Positions 18,520 through 27,824 of a stretch of 64,000 nucleotides of DNA are shown one piece after another. Under the pieces are notes generated by a model. It worked only from the letters and a program-made list of their open reading frames with translations. It was not told where the DNA came from and ran no database searches. The DNA is from a bacterium. Its GTDB lineage: Bacteria > UBA8248. Position numbers and translations under genes: made by a program. The first letter of the stretch is position 1, and every line of letters begins with the position of its first letter. The stretch is from assembly GCA_965213685.1 (NCBI GenBank), contig CBDBZY010000003.1, forward strand, positions 96,001 to 160,000, given 5' to 3'.

Positions 18520-19460
18520 ATTCCGGAGTCGCCCCTTATCCCGCCCTGCGCAGAGAAGCCGCCCGAGCCGCGCGGCTATTTCCGCAAAGCCTGGCAGATG
18601 GCGGTTCGCACGGCGCGCCTCGCGCGTCTGCTGCACCGCGAGCGGCCCGACCGGGTGCTCTCTTTTTCGGAGGCCGCGAACTTCTGCGCCATTCTCGCCG
18701 TCGCCCTGGCGGGTCGCCTGGGCTGCCTGTCCGTCAGCGTGCGGGCGAACGTTGCGGCCCAGCTGCCCCTCTACCAACGCCTGATTCCCCTGTTCTACCG
18801 GTTTCCGGGCCGCGTCATCGCCCTCTCCGAAGGGGTGAAGCGGGGGCCTGGAAGCCCTGGGGCTTCCGGGCGAGAAAATATCGGTCATCCACAATCCGGT
18901 CGACTTCTAGGAAGCGCGGGACGCCGGGCCCGGGCCGGCGTCTCCCCTGCGCGGTGCTTACGTCCTGGGGGCGGGCCGGCTGGACCCGCTGAAAGGTTTC
19001 GATCGGCTGCTGCGGGCGTTCCGGCTCCTCGACCGGCCGGACTTGCGGCTGGCTATCGTCGGCGAGGGACCGGAGCGGGAGAGCCTGCTCCGCCTGGCGG
19101 GCGAACTCGGGGTGGAGGACAGGGTGCATCTGCCCGGGCGCGCCGTCGATATGACGCCCTGGTATCGGCACGCGGAGTGCTTCGTGCTGAGCTCGCGCCA
19201 TGAGGGCTGGGCGAACGTGCTGGTCGAAGCCATGGCGAACGGGTGTCCGGTCGTCAGCTTCGACTGCGACTATAGCCCCTCGGAGATTATCGAAGAGGAG
19301 AAGACAGGGCTGCTCGTGCCGGAAGGGGACGTCGAAGGCCTGGCGTCGGCGATTGCCCGCCTCCTGGACGAGGAGGCCCTGCGGCAAACCCTGGCGGCGG
19401 CGGGACGCGAACGGGTGCGGCCTTTCGCCATCGAGAAAATCGCCCCCCCTCTGGCTGTGA
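18520..19460 (+). pseudogene. 5'-truncated GT4 (PglJ-like) glycosyltransferase
   Basis: RPDRVLSF, VIHNPVD, GRLDPLKGFDRL, SSRHEG..NVLVEAMA; N-terminus missing, in-frame TAG at 18908, +1 shifts in G5 (18842-46) and C7 (19443-49). Confidence 0.8.
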
Positions 19461-19532
19461 GGTGCGAACGAAGGCGACTCCCGCCGGACGGGTGCGCCTG
19501 GGTGCGGGCAGCGGTTCCGGGTTCGGGGAGTC

Positions 19533-19883
19533 TCAGGCTCTCCCGTAGTCATCCTCGCGCCGCTCGATGTCGTCCTCCCCGAAGTAGGCACCGGTTTGCA
19601 CCTCGATGAAAACGAAGGGCGCGTCCCCTTCGTTCTGTATCCGGTGCCACGCGTTCGGGGGAATGTCCACGCTCCCGCCGGAGAGGAGGGGCAGCTCCTC
19701 CTCCTCCCGGATGACGACCGCCTGGCCGGATATGGCGTGCCAGTGCTCCGCGCGGCGCATGTGCCGCTGGAGGCTGAGGCGGTGTCCCGGATGAATGACC
19801 ACCCGCTTGACCTTGTGGTCCGGCGCCTCGGCGAGGACGGTGTAGTATCCCCACGGCTGATGCGCCGTCTTACCGGCGGACAT
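19533..19883 (-). CDS. Type II mannose-6-phosphate isomerase C-terminal cupin
   Basis: PWGYY, KVKRVVIHPG.RLSLQRH..RAEHW, EVQTGAYFGEDDIER.EDDYGR. Confidence 0.9.
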   Translation of the reverse strand: MSAGKTAHQPWGYYTVLAEAPDHKVKRVVIHPGHRLSLQRHMRRAEHWHAISGQAVVIREEEELPLLSGGSVDIPPNAWHRIQNEGDAPFVFIEVQTGAYFGEDDIERREDDYGRA

Positions 19884-19961
19884 CCGGCGCCTCGGGGGGA
19901 AAGCCGTCGCGCCGCGAGAGAGGACGCCGCCGCCCGGGCGGCGTTGCGTCGCGCCAGTCCG

Positions 19962-20159
19962 CTAGTGGCACGGGAGGGCGAATGCGTGGCGGACGTCGTG
20001 GGCGGTGTCGTGCAGAAGCTGCGGCTGCGCGAAGCCCACGCCGTAGAGGATGATTGCGCCGAGGGCGAACGCCCATATGGCCGGCTTGACGGCCTCCATG
20101 CGCCGGATGAGTCCGCCGGACAGAACCTGTTGATGCGTTGCGCTCTCGTGCAAGGCCAT
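19962..20159 (-). CDS. cbtB: CbtB-domain small membrane protein (putative Co/Ni transporter subunit)
   Basis: One TM helix (AFALGAIILYGVGFA) then LHDTAHDVRHAFALPCH, the CbtB signature; TG-n-TAGCAT extended -10 at 20212-20220 (minus). Confidence 0.85.
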   Translation of the reverse strand: MALHESATHQQVLSGGLIRRMEAVKPAIWAFALGAIILYGVGFAQPQLLHDTAHDVRHAFALPCH

Positions 20160-20292
20160 TGCCTCACCCCCTCCCATGTTTCGTTTTCGTCCCCCCCGTC
20201 TGAGGGGGAAGATGCTACCATATTTTCCGGCGGAAAGGCACCGCCTCCTCCCGCCGCGGCCCGCCGGGCTCTCTTTGGCGGGCGCGTCCGGC

Positions 20293-21069
20293 CTAATCCT
20301 CCACGATGGCCACCGCCCGGCACCATGCGCCGCTCGCGCGCTCTATCTTGACGGGCAGCATGGAGACGGTGAAGCCGAACTCGGGAATTTTGTCGAGATT
20401 CGCGAGTTTCTCCGCGTGGATGTACTCTTTCCTGCGGCCTAGGTAATGGCTGCCGAAAAAATCTTTCGCGTTCCCCCGGCGCCTGAGCTCCGCCATCCTG
20501 GAGACGGGGATGTCAAAGCCCCAGGCGTCTATCCCCATCACCTTGATGCCCTGGTCCACGAGCCATTCCGTGGCGTCCACGCTCATGCCGGGGTGGGTTT
20601 GCTCGAAATCGGGGGAATACAGATATTTCGTGGTGTGGTCGGTGCGAATGAGGACGATGTCCATGGGCTTGAGGGAATAGCCCTTCTCCTCGAGGGCCGC
20701 CACCTTCCGCCGCGTCTCCTCCGCCGTGATGTTGTGCCCGCGCTCGGCGTCGTGAAAATCCAGGACGACCCCGTCGCCCACGCACCATTCCAGGGGAACG
20801 CGGTCGATGGTCCTGGAGGGTTTCCCCTCGCATTCGGGGCCATAGTGATAGGGGGAGTCGAGGTGCGTGCCGCTGTGCGTGCTGATGGCGCTGATGTTTT
20901 CCGTCGCGCAGTGCATGTTGTCCGGGAAATAGCTGGTGTCCGGAAACTTGTATGACTTGGTTCGCGCGCGCGCCAGCTCGACGTGATCCACATACTGGAT
21001 GACGGCCGGGTTGTTCTCCATCGGCGCGTTCTGCAGGGGAATGCTCAAATCGACGACTCTGCGACCCAT
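20293..21069 (-). CDS. Cyclase-family (kynurenine formamidase-like) metal-dependent hydrolase
   Basis: VDLS, STHSGTHLDSPYH, DIVLIRT, HPG, GID, EKLANL, PVKI..ASGAW.RAVA. Confidence 0.9.
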   Translation of the reverse strand: MGRRVVDLSIPLQNAPMENNPAVIQYVDHVELARARTKSYKFPDTSYFPDNMHCATENISAISTHSGTHLDSPYHYGPECEGKPSRTIDRVPLEWCVGDGVVLDFHDAERGHNITAEETRRKVAALEEKGYSLKPMDIVLIRTDHTTKYLYSPDFEQTHPGMSVDATEWLVDQGIKVMGIDAWGFDIPVSRMAELRRRGNAKDFFGSHYLGRRKEYIHAEKLANLDKIPEFGFTVSMLPVKIERASGAWCRAVAIVED

Positions 21070-21095
21070 GGAAACGGACTCCTCGCGAAATGGAT

Positions 21096-21572
21096 TCAGG
21101 CCTTGCCCGCCGGCCGGTGCCTGGCGGGTGGCGCTTCTGCGGACTTCAGCCCCGGCGGGGGTGCTGCTGCCTTCTCTCCGCGCTTGAGCAGGGGAAAGAC
21201 ATCGTTCGCGGCGATTCGGGCCGCTTGCAGCATGTAGGGCATGCCGCAGTAGGTGGCCATCTGAATGATGACTTCCATGATCTCCCGCTTCGTGGCCCCG
21301 CAGTTCCACGCGGCCTGGATGTGGGTGCGCAGCTGCGGATGCGCGTTGGCCATGACGCATGCGGCCACGGCGCACAGCTCGCGCGTCTTGTGGGACAGGA
21401 CGTTGCGGTCATACAGCCCGCCGTAGCAGAAGTTCATGAACAGCTCCATGAATTCCTTGTCCGCCCACTCGGCCATGTCGTGGCCGATGCGCTCGGTGAA
21501 TTCCCTGGTCCACAGGTGCGCGCCGCGCTTGAGCGCCCGGGCGGGAATTTCGGGTTTTTCTTTCGGGGGCAT
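21096..21572 (-). CDS. Carboxymuconolactone decarboxylase/AhpD-like protein
   Basis: YGGLYDR..LSHKTREL, QLRTH..AA.N.GAT..EI.E.I.Q...Y.G.P. Confidence 0.88.
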   Translation of the reverse strand: MPPKEKPEIPARALKRGAHLWTREFTERIGHDMAEWADKEFMELFMNFCYGGLYDRNVLSHKTRELCAVAACVMANAHPQLRTHIQAAWNCGATKREIMEVIIQMATYCGMPYMLQAARIAANDVFPLLKRGEKAAAPPPGLKSAEAPPARHRPAGKA

Positions 21573-21644
21573 CGTCTCTCCTTCAGGGTGTACTTGTCTC
21601 TCGGAAGGGACTTGCGCAAAGGGGATGCGGCCGGGTTTCCCAAA

Positions 21645-21673
21645 CTGCTAACACGCCCCGGGCCAACTGTCAA
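21645..21673 (-). promoter_or_regulatory. sigma70 promoter for the CMD-cyclase genes
   Basis: Minus strand TTGACA-17 nt-TAGCAG. Confidence 0.5.
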
Positions 21674-21695
21674 ACCCAAGGCCGGTGGGCGTTAT

Positions 21696-21732
21696 TTAAC
21701 GTCTGGGTAACTCACCGAAACGACGCCGAAAT
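21696..21732 (+). promoter_or_regulatory. Four direct-repeat boxes with ~11 bp period upstream of amtB
   Basis: TTAAC-n6-GTAAC-n5-GAAAC-n6-GAAAT. Confidence 0.4.
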
Positions 21733-21822
21733 GTTGACCTAATACAAGACGAAAGACGGAGGATGTGCTGGGGGTGCCATGCGGTTGTTCCAGGCAACTG
21801 GGAAAGAATGGGAGGGGGGAGT

Positions 21823-23216
21823 ATGAAAAAAAAAAGAACTCTGTATGACGGCGGCGCTGGTTTTTGTGGTGGGGGTTTTGTCTTTTGCGGCCAGCGGCTG
21901 GGCACAGGACGTCAAGGCCATGGCCAAGAACCTGGCGGATTTGAAGGTCGCGGCGGACACCGTCTGGGTGATGGTGGCCGGATTTTTGGTGTTCTGGATG
22001 CACGCGGGCTTTGCCATGCTCGAATCCGGGCTTTGCCGCGCGAAGAATACCGTCGCCATCCTCTACAAGAATTTTGGCGTTGTCGCCGTCTCCTCACTGG
22101 CGTTCTGGATGTTGGGCTTCGCCCTCATGTTCGGCGACGGCGGCCCCATCCTCGGGGCCAATGGTTTTTTGCTGTCGGGGGCGGACAACAGCCCGGCCAC
22201 GGACGACCTCTACAAGGGCGTTTTCTCCTCTCTAGGCTGGACGGGCGTGCCGCTATACGCGAAGTTTTTCTTTCAGCTCGTGTTCGCGGCGACGGCGGCG
22301 ACCATCGTCTCGGGGTGCGTGGCCGAGCGCATCAAGTTCTCCTCGTTCATGCTCTTCAGTTTTGTGCTCGTCGCCGTCATCTACCCCATCGGGGGCCATT
22401 GGATTTGGGGCGGCGGCTGGCTGGGCGGAATGGGCTTTCTCGACTTCGCCGGCTCGACCGTGGTCCACTCCGTGGGCGGCTGGGCGGGACTCGCCGGAAT
22501 CATCGTCCTCGGCCCCCGTCTCGGGAAATATGCACCTGACGGCCGGATGCAGCCGATGCCCGGCCACAACATGCCGCTCGTCACGCTGGGCGGGTTTGTC
22601 CTGTGGCTCGGATGGTTCGGCTTCAACCCGGGCAGCACGATGGCCGCCGACGCGGGGGCCATCGCGCGCATCGCCGTGACGACAAACCTCGCCGCCTCGG
22701 CGGGCGTCGTGGCTTCGAGCGTCACCTCGCGGGCGATGTTCGGCAAGGCGGACCTTTCCATGAGCGTGAACGGCGCGCTCGCCGGGCTGGTGGCCATCAC
22801 CGCCCCGTGCGCCAACGTCACCCCCGATGGGGGCGGTGCTCATCGGTCTGGCCGCGGGCGTCATCGTCTGCCTCTCGGTTCCGTTCCTCGACAAGATCAG
22901 GATAGACGATCCCGTTGGCGCCGTTTCGGTTCACCTGGTGTGCGGCGTCTTCGGCACGCTCGCACTCGGCTTGTTCGCCGCGCCATCCATCGACGAAGGC
23001 GTCGTCGGCCTGTTCTACGGCGGGGGCGCAGGCCTTCTCATCAAGCAGCTCACGGGCGTCGTAGCGGTCGGCGCGTTCGCCTTCGTCTCCTCCCTCATCC
23101 TTTGGCATGGCGTGCGGACCGTCATCGGCGTGCGCGTTTCCGCCGAGGAGGAATCGACCGGTCTCGACCTCTCGGAGCACGGGATGGAGGCCTACGCGGG
23201 GCAGAAGCTCGTGTAG
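21823..23216 (+). CDS. amtB: Ammonium transporter (two apparent +1 homopolymer frameshifts)
   Basis: AGFAMLESG, FQLVFA, DFAGSTVVH, LWLGWFGFN, DDPVGAVSVH, GLDLSEHG; removing one A from A10 (21826-35) and one C from C5 (22821-25) gives a single ORF. Confidence 0.92.
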
Positions 23217-23311
23217 CGCGGGGGATCGGGATCGGGAGAACGGGGGGCGCGTCGCGCGGATAGTAGATAGTAGCGGGTGGGATCGCCCGCCATTTCAGAG
23301 AGGAATGAACA

Positions 23312-23650
23312 ATGCGTTTGATCACGGCGATCATCAAGCCATTCAAGCTGGAAAGTGTGAAGGAGGCGCTGGGGGATGTCAGCGTGACGGGCATGACGGT
23401 GAGCGAGGTGAAGGGATTTGGCCGCCAGAAGGGCCACACCGAGCTGTATCGCGGCAGTGAGTACGTGGTCGATTTCTTGCCGAAAATCAAGGTGGAAATC
23501 CTCACGGAGGAAGCAAAGGTCGAAGCCATCGTCACGGCGGTGTGCAAGGCGGCGAACTCGGGCCAGATAGGAGACGGCAAGATATTCGTCCAGGAGTTGG
23601 AGGATTGCGTACGCATACGCACCGGGGAGAGGGGCGTTGACGCGATCTGA
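23312..23650 (+). CDS. glnK: P-II nitrogen regulatory protein
   Basis: IIKPFKL, GFGRQKGHTELYRGSEY, GQIGDGKIFV, RIRTGE; 112 aa; adjacent to amtB. Confidence 0.95.
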   Translation: MRLITAIIKPFKLESVKEALGDVSVTGMTVSEVKGFGRQKGHTELYRGSEYVVDFLPKIKVEILTEEAKVEAIVTAVCKAANSGQIGDGKIFVQELEDCVRIRTGERGVDAI

Positions 23651-23720
23651 GCGACCGTCCCGCGCGGCGGGTCGGGGTTTGTCGCTTGCGGATGCAAGAA
23701 ATAACTAGGGTTTCCGCATG

Positions 23721-23756
23721 AAAAACCGGCCCTGCTTCAGGGGGCCGGTTTTTTTT
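23721..23756. terminator. Bidirectional intrinsic terminator
   Basis: aaaaaccggccc..ggggccggtttttttt. Confidence 0.85.
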
Positions 23757-23965
23757 GCGCGCGCGTTCCCGTAAGAGGAGCATGATTCGAGGCGGCGAGG
23801 CCCTGGGGCGAATGCGCGTCAATCCGTGCCCGTCTCGGGCAAAATCCATGGACGCCCGGGATGCGGCGCGAGGTTCCGCGGGAGGTGCGCGGCGGGATTG
23901 CCTTTTCCCTGTCCTCCATGGGGGGCAGCCGGGATGATTGTTTCCATGCGGAGCGCCTCCTGAAA

Positions 23966-24029
23966 TTTAGACGTGTCTAAAAATATATTGAAGAAGAGGT
24001 TGACTTTGTTTTTCATGCTCATCTAAAAT
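23966..24029 (+). promoter_or_regulatory. Palindromic operator plus sigma70 promoter of the cytochrome/ABC operon
   Basis: TTTAGAC-GT-GTCTAAA (23966-23981) in an AT-rich patch; TTGACT(24000-05)-18 nt-TAAAAT(24024-29). Confidence 0.7.
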
Positions 24030-24071
24030 TTCCTGTCTGATGGGGCGTACAGGAGATGGAGCAATGGAAAC

Positions 24072-26042
24072 ATGAGACGGGGCGGCGACAAAAAACATCA
24101 TCCACGGGCGGGCGTTCGCCCCGTCGGGAGCAACCTTCCGGCGAGGCTGGTGCGCATCCTCGCCGCCGGCCTGCTCGCGACGGGTCTCGGCACGGCGTCG
24201 GCCCACGTCGTCCCTCCCGAGGAGTTGCACCCGGTTGCGGAAAGCTACCGCCGCGCCCATTTCATCCTGAACCTGAACCCGGTGCACTGGCCGCAGGTCT
24301 GGTCCGACATGGAGCGCGTCGGGCGCGCCCTCCGGGACGTGAATCCTCCCGCCGCCGGGCGGTTCTCCAGGGAGCTGGCCGCCGCGCGGCGCGCGGCCCA
24401 GCCCCGGCCGGGGAGGGATGGGGCACCGGACGCCGTCGCCGCGCGCGAGAGGGGCAGGCGCCTGGCGTTTTCCCTGGCGACCAGGGGCGTCTCCGCGCTG
24501 CTCGTCTCCCGCCTCGACCTGATCCGGCAAGGCGCCGTGCGCACCGGGGTGAAGCGGCACCTGAACGAGGCGCGAAGAATCTTTCGCGCCTTTGAGGAGA
24601 CCTTGCCGCATCTGGACCCGAAGGCGTGGCGGGAGATGCAAATCCGCTGGCTGGAGGCGAGTTCCCGCCTCGGGGCGGCCGGCGTGATGGGGCTGGGCGC
24701 AAGGCCCATGGACCTGCAAGAAATTCGCGCCAGCGTCTCTTTCATCCGCCGGTATTTCCACTCGAATTTCTCGGACTTTCGGGCCGGGAGAGAGCGTCGC
24801 CTGCTCCCGCGGCCCAAGGCGAGCGCGACCTACCTCCAAACGGCGCGGGTGCCGCTACGCCTGCCGCCCGGCTCCAACGTCAACAAGCAACTGCCGCGTC
24901 CCAGGCAAATTCTCGGAATGGCCGAGCGCGGGGCGAACGAGGCGGAGACTTTTCTCATCGCCCTGGGCGACATGGCCTTCGACAGCCCCGAGATATTCGG
25001 CGAGCCGGCGCGCAGCCTGGGGATCAGCTGCAACACCTGCCACAACAAGGGGGTGACGAATCCCGCGTTGTTCATCCCGGGCCTCTCCGGGGAGAAGGGC
25101 GGCGTGGACGTGTCGAACAGTTTTTTCGCCGGCCACGCGAACAACGGCTTGCATGATCCGCTGGACACGCCCGACCTGAGGGGAATCCGCTTCACGGCCC
25201 CCTACGGGAGGAACGGGCGCTTCGGCTCGCTCCGGGAATTCGTGCGCAACGTCATCGTGAACGAGTTCAACGGGCCGGAGCCCGATCCGATGCTCATGGA
25301 CGGCATGATCGCCTACATGAACGAGTTTGAATTCCTGCCGAACCCGAAGCTGCAAAAAAGCGGCAGGCTCCACCCCGGGCGGGTCTCCCGGGCGGCGTTG
25401 CGGGGCGAGCGGATATTCCACCGGAAATTCCCCGGGATGATGGGCGGCATGAGCTGCGCGGACTGCCACATCCCCCACGCGAATTTTCTGGACCACAGGC
25501 GCCACGACATCGGCTCTGCGGGCACGGGGCGGCAGCCCTTCCGCGCGGGGGGGCTGGACACGCCCACCCTGCTCTCCTCGCGCTTCACGGCGCCCTATTT
25601 CCACGATGGCAGCCTGCCCACCCTGCGGGCGGTGAGCGAATGGTTCAACGCCTCCTTCGGGCTGGGGCTGGGAGGGGGGGAGGTCGACGACCTCACCGCC
25701 TACCTCGAAGCGGTGGGGGATGGCGTGCAGGGGATGGAGGATACGATCTACACGCTGGAGTCCGAGTTGGAGGAGTTCCGCTTTTTCCTCTCCACCTACG
25801 AGCGCCTGAAGCGGAGAGGGAAAGGGGCGCTGATCGCCATCTTGCTGAAGACCGTGGTGCGCGAGGTGCAGGCCCACAAGTGGGACGTGCGGGAGAAGGG
25901 GAACCTGCCGATTCTCGACGCGATGGAGAATGCGCTGCGAGAGGCCCTGAGCGCGCATCTGGCGGGGGATGCGCGGCGGACCGACGAGAAAATCGCCGCC
26001 TACCAAGGGCTGTATGAGAAAAACAGGGAGAAACTGAAATGA
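24072..26042 (+). CDS. Secreted di-haem cytochrome c peroxidase/MauG-superfamily protein with long helical N-terminal domain
   Basis: Signal peptide ending TASA; two CxxCH (CNTCH, CADCH); TPDLRG...APYG and TPTLL...TAPYFHDG motifs. Confidence 0.8.
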   Translation: MRRGGDKKHHPRAGVRPVGSNLPARLVRILAAGLLATGLGTASAHVVPPEELHPVAESYRRAHFILNLNPVHWPQVWSDMERVGRALRDVNPPAAGRFSRELAAARRAAQPRPGRDGAPDAVAARERGRRLAFSLATRGVSALLVSRLDLIRQGAVRTGVKRHLNEARRIFRAFEETLPHLDPKAWREMQIRWLEASSRLGAAGVMGLGARPMDLQEIRASVSFIRRYFHSNFSDFRAGRERRLLPRPKASATYLQTARVPLRLPPGSNVNKQLPRPRQILGMAERGANEAETFLIALGDMAFDSPEIFGEPARSLGISCNTCHNKGVTNPALFIPGLSGEKGGVDVSNSFFAGHANNGLHDPLDTPDLRGIRFTAPYGRNGRFGSLREFVRNVIVNEFNGPEPDPMLMDGMIAYMNEFEFLPNPKLQKSGRLHPGRVSRAALRGERIFHRKFPGMMGGMSCADCHIPHANFLDHRRHDIGSAGTGRQPFRAGGLDTPTLLSSRFTAPYFHDGSLPTLRAVSEWFNASFGLGLGGGEVDDLTAYLEAVGDGVQGMEDTIYTLESELEEFRFFLSTYERLKRRGKGALIAILLKTVVREVQAHKWDVREKGNLPILDAMENALREALSAHLAGDARRTDEKIAAYQGLYEKNREKLK

Positions 26043-26974
26043 GGCGCGCCGCGCGTTTTGCCCCAAGGCCGTTTTTCGGCGCAACCGACGCGGGGGCGCT
26101 GCTCCTCCTCGCCCTCTCCGCATTCCTGCTCGTTTTCGGGGCGCCCCATGCGGTCGGAACCGCCCATGCGGACGACGGGGAACTGCGGGTCGCGTTCGTT
26201 CCGCAGGAGAATCCCGAAAAGCTCATCGGCAGCGTGAAGCCCGCCATGGACTTCCTGGAAAGGGAAATGGGGCGGAAGATTCGTTATTTCATCACCCTGA
26301 ACTACTCGGCCGCCGTGGAGGCCATGATCGCGAAAAAGGCGGACGTCAGCTTCATGCCTCCCCTGCCCTACGTCCTGGCCCACAAGTATTCCGGGGTCGA
26401 GGCGGTTCTGGGCGAGGTATACGAGGGGAGGCCCTATTACCATTCCCGGATTTTCGTGCGCAAGGACAGCGGCATCAAGAAACTGTCCGACCTCAAGGGG
26501 AAGACCATCGCGTATGTGGACCCCATTTCGAGTTCCGGCTTCATGTATCCCCACGACGTTTTCGCGCGCGCCGGCCTGGTGAGGGGGGGGCTGGAGAAGC
26601 CGGAGGGCGGCTTTTTTCGGCGGGTGTATTTCGCGGGCGGGGATCAGCAGGCGATCGGTTCGGTCGTCGGCGGTTTCGTGGACGCCGCCGGCGTCAGCCA
26701 ATACGCCGTCAACCTTCTGCGCGGCGATCAGCGGGACAAGATTGCCGCCATCGCGCAGTCCGCCAGGATTCCCAGCCACAACGTGGTGGTGCGCAAAGGC
26801 TTGCACCCCGAGGTCAGGCAGAGGCTCGTTTCGGCGATGATGAAGATGAACCGGCCGGAGAATCGCGCGTTGCGGCGGGTTCTGTATGGGACGGACGGCT
26901 ACGTCCGGGTCGACCACAGCCACTATCAACCGGTGGCCGAGATGGCCCGGAAGTATGGTTTTCTGAGGGAATAG
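26039..26974 (+). CDS. phnD: Phosphate/phosphite/phosphonate-family ABC substrate-binding protein (PhnD-like)
   Basis: LRVAFVPQE, NYSAAVEAM, YHSRIFVRKDS, DLKGKTIAYVDPISSSG; ATGA overlap with the cytochrome gene. Confidence 0.8.
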   Translation: MRRAARFAPRPFFGATDAGALLLLALSAFLLVFGAPHAVGTAHADDGELRVAFVPQENPEKLIGSVKPAMDFLEREMGRKIRYFITLNYSAAVEAMIAKKADVSFMPPLPYVLAHKYSGVEAVLGEVYEGRPYYHSRIFVRKDSGIKKLSDLKGKTIAYVDPISSSGFMYPHDVFARAGLVRGGLEKPEGGFFRRVYFAGGDQQAIGSVVGGFVDAAGVSQYAVNLLRGDQRDKIAAIAQSARIPSHNVVVRKGLHPEVRQRLVSAMMKMNRPENRALRRVLYGTDGYVRVDHSHYQPVAEMARKYGFLRE

Positions 26975-26978
26975 GGAC

Positions 26979-27824
26979 ATGGCGAAAGAAGCGGTCATCC
27001 ACATCGAAGACGCGCGGCTGGAGATGGGGGGGCGGACGATACTCTCCATCGACCGCTTCGACGTCTCCGGCGGAGAGCGGGTGGCCATCATCGGCAACAG
27101 CGGCTCCGGCAAGACGACCCTCATGCGGATGCTGAAGGGCTACGTGCCCTGTGCGGAGGGCAAGGTGGTCGTGATGGGGGACGCCTTTCCCATCAGGGAG
27201 ACGCAAAAGAGGAAAGCCCACCACCGGCACATCGGCATGATCCACCAGCACTTCGACCTGATAGGCCGCGAGACTGTCTGGCAGAACGTCTACCATGGGC
27301 GGCTGGGCTATGTGTCTTTGCTCAAAAGCGTTCTGGGAATCTGCTCCGAGCGCGACCTGCGAATCTGCGAGCAGGCCATTCACGAGGTGCGCCTCGACGA
27401 CAAGCGGCGCCGCTTTGCCCGCACCCTCTCCGGCGGGGAGCAGCAGCGCGTCGCCATCGCCCGGGCGTTGGCGCAGGAGCCGACGATCCTGCTCGCCGAC
27501 GAGCCCGTGTCGAGCCTGGACCCCGCGCTGGCCGAGGATATTCTCGACCTTATCGTATCGGTGTGCGACGCCTATGGGCTCACCCTCCTGATGAGCCTCC
27601 ACCTCCCGGAGCTGGCGCGAAAGTATGCGGACCGGATCGTCGCGATGCGAGGCGGAAAAATTATATGGGACGGTTCTGCGGATTCCCTCTCCAGTGATAA
27701 GATACGGGAAATATACGGGTTCATCGGAACGAACGGAGTCGCGCATGGGAGCGGAACGCGGGCGAGCCGAAGCGCTTTCACCTGGTCGTATGGCTACGAG
27801 AGCCAGCCTCTTCCTGGCGGTTAG
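26979..27824 (+). CDS. phnC: PhnC-like ABC ATPase
   Basis: GNSGSGKTT, NVYHGRLG, LSGGEQQRVAIARAL, ADEPVSSLDP, SLH. Confidence 0.88.
   Translation: MAKEAVIHIEDARLEMGGRTILSIDRFDVSGGERVAIIGNSGSGKTTLMRMLKGYVPCAEGKVVVMGDAFPIRETQKRKAHHRHIGMIHQHFDLIGRETVWQNVYHGRLGYVSLLKSVLGICSERDLRICEQAIHEVRLDDKRRRFARTLSGGEQQRVAIARALAQEPTILLADEPVSSLDPALAEDILDLIVSVCDAYGLTLLMSLHLPELARKYADRIVAMRGGKIIWDGSADSLSSDKIREIYGFIGTNGVAHGSGTRASRSAFTWSYGYESQPLPGG

Noticed and set aside
18908-18910. In-frame TAG as pyrrolysine or read-through
   Set aside because: It lies in a truncated, frameshifted glycosyltransferase fragment; decay is the simpler explanation.
20160-20292. Cobalamin riboswitch before cbtB
   Set aside because: The region is too short and lacks B12-box motifs.
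21688-21727. Glutamine (glnA) riboswitch upstream of amtB
   Set aside because: ggcgtt/gacgcc can pair, but the conserved GGAAGUA E-loop core is absent.
21765-21790. sigma54 promoter (TGGCAC on the minus strand)
   Set aside because: Wrong strand for amtB and no -12 TTGC at the correct spacing.
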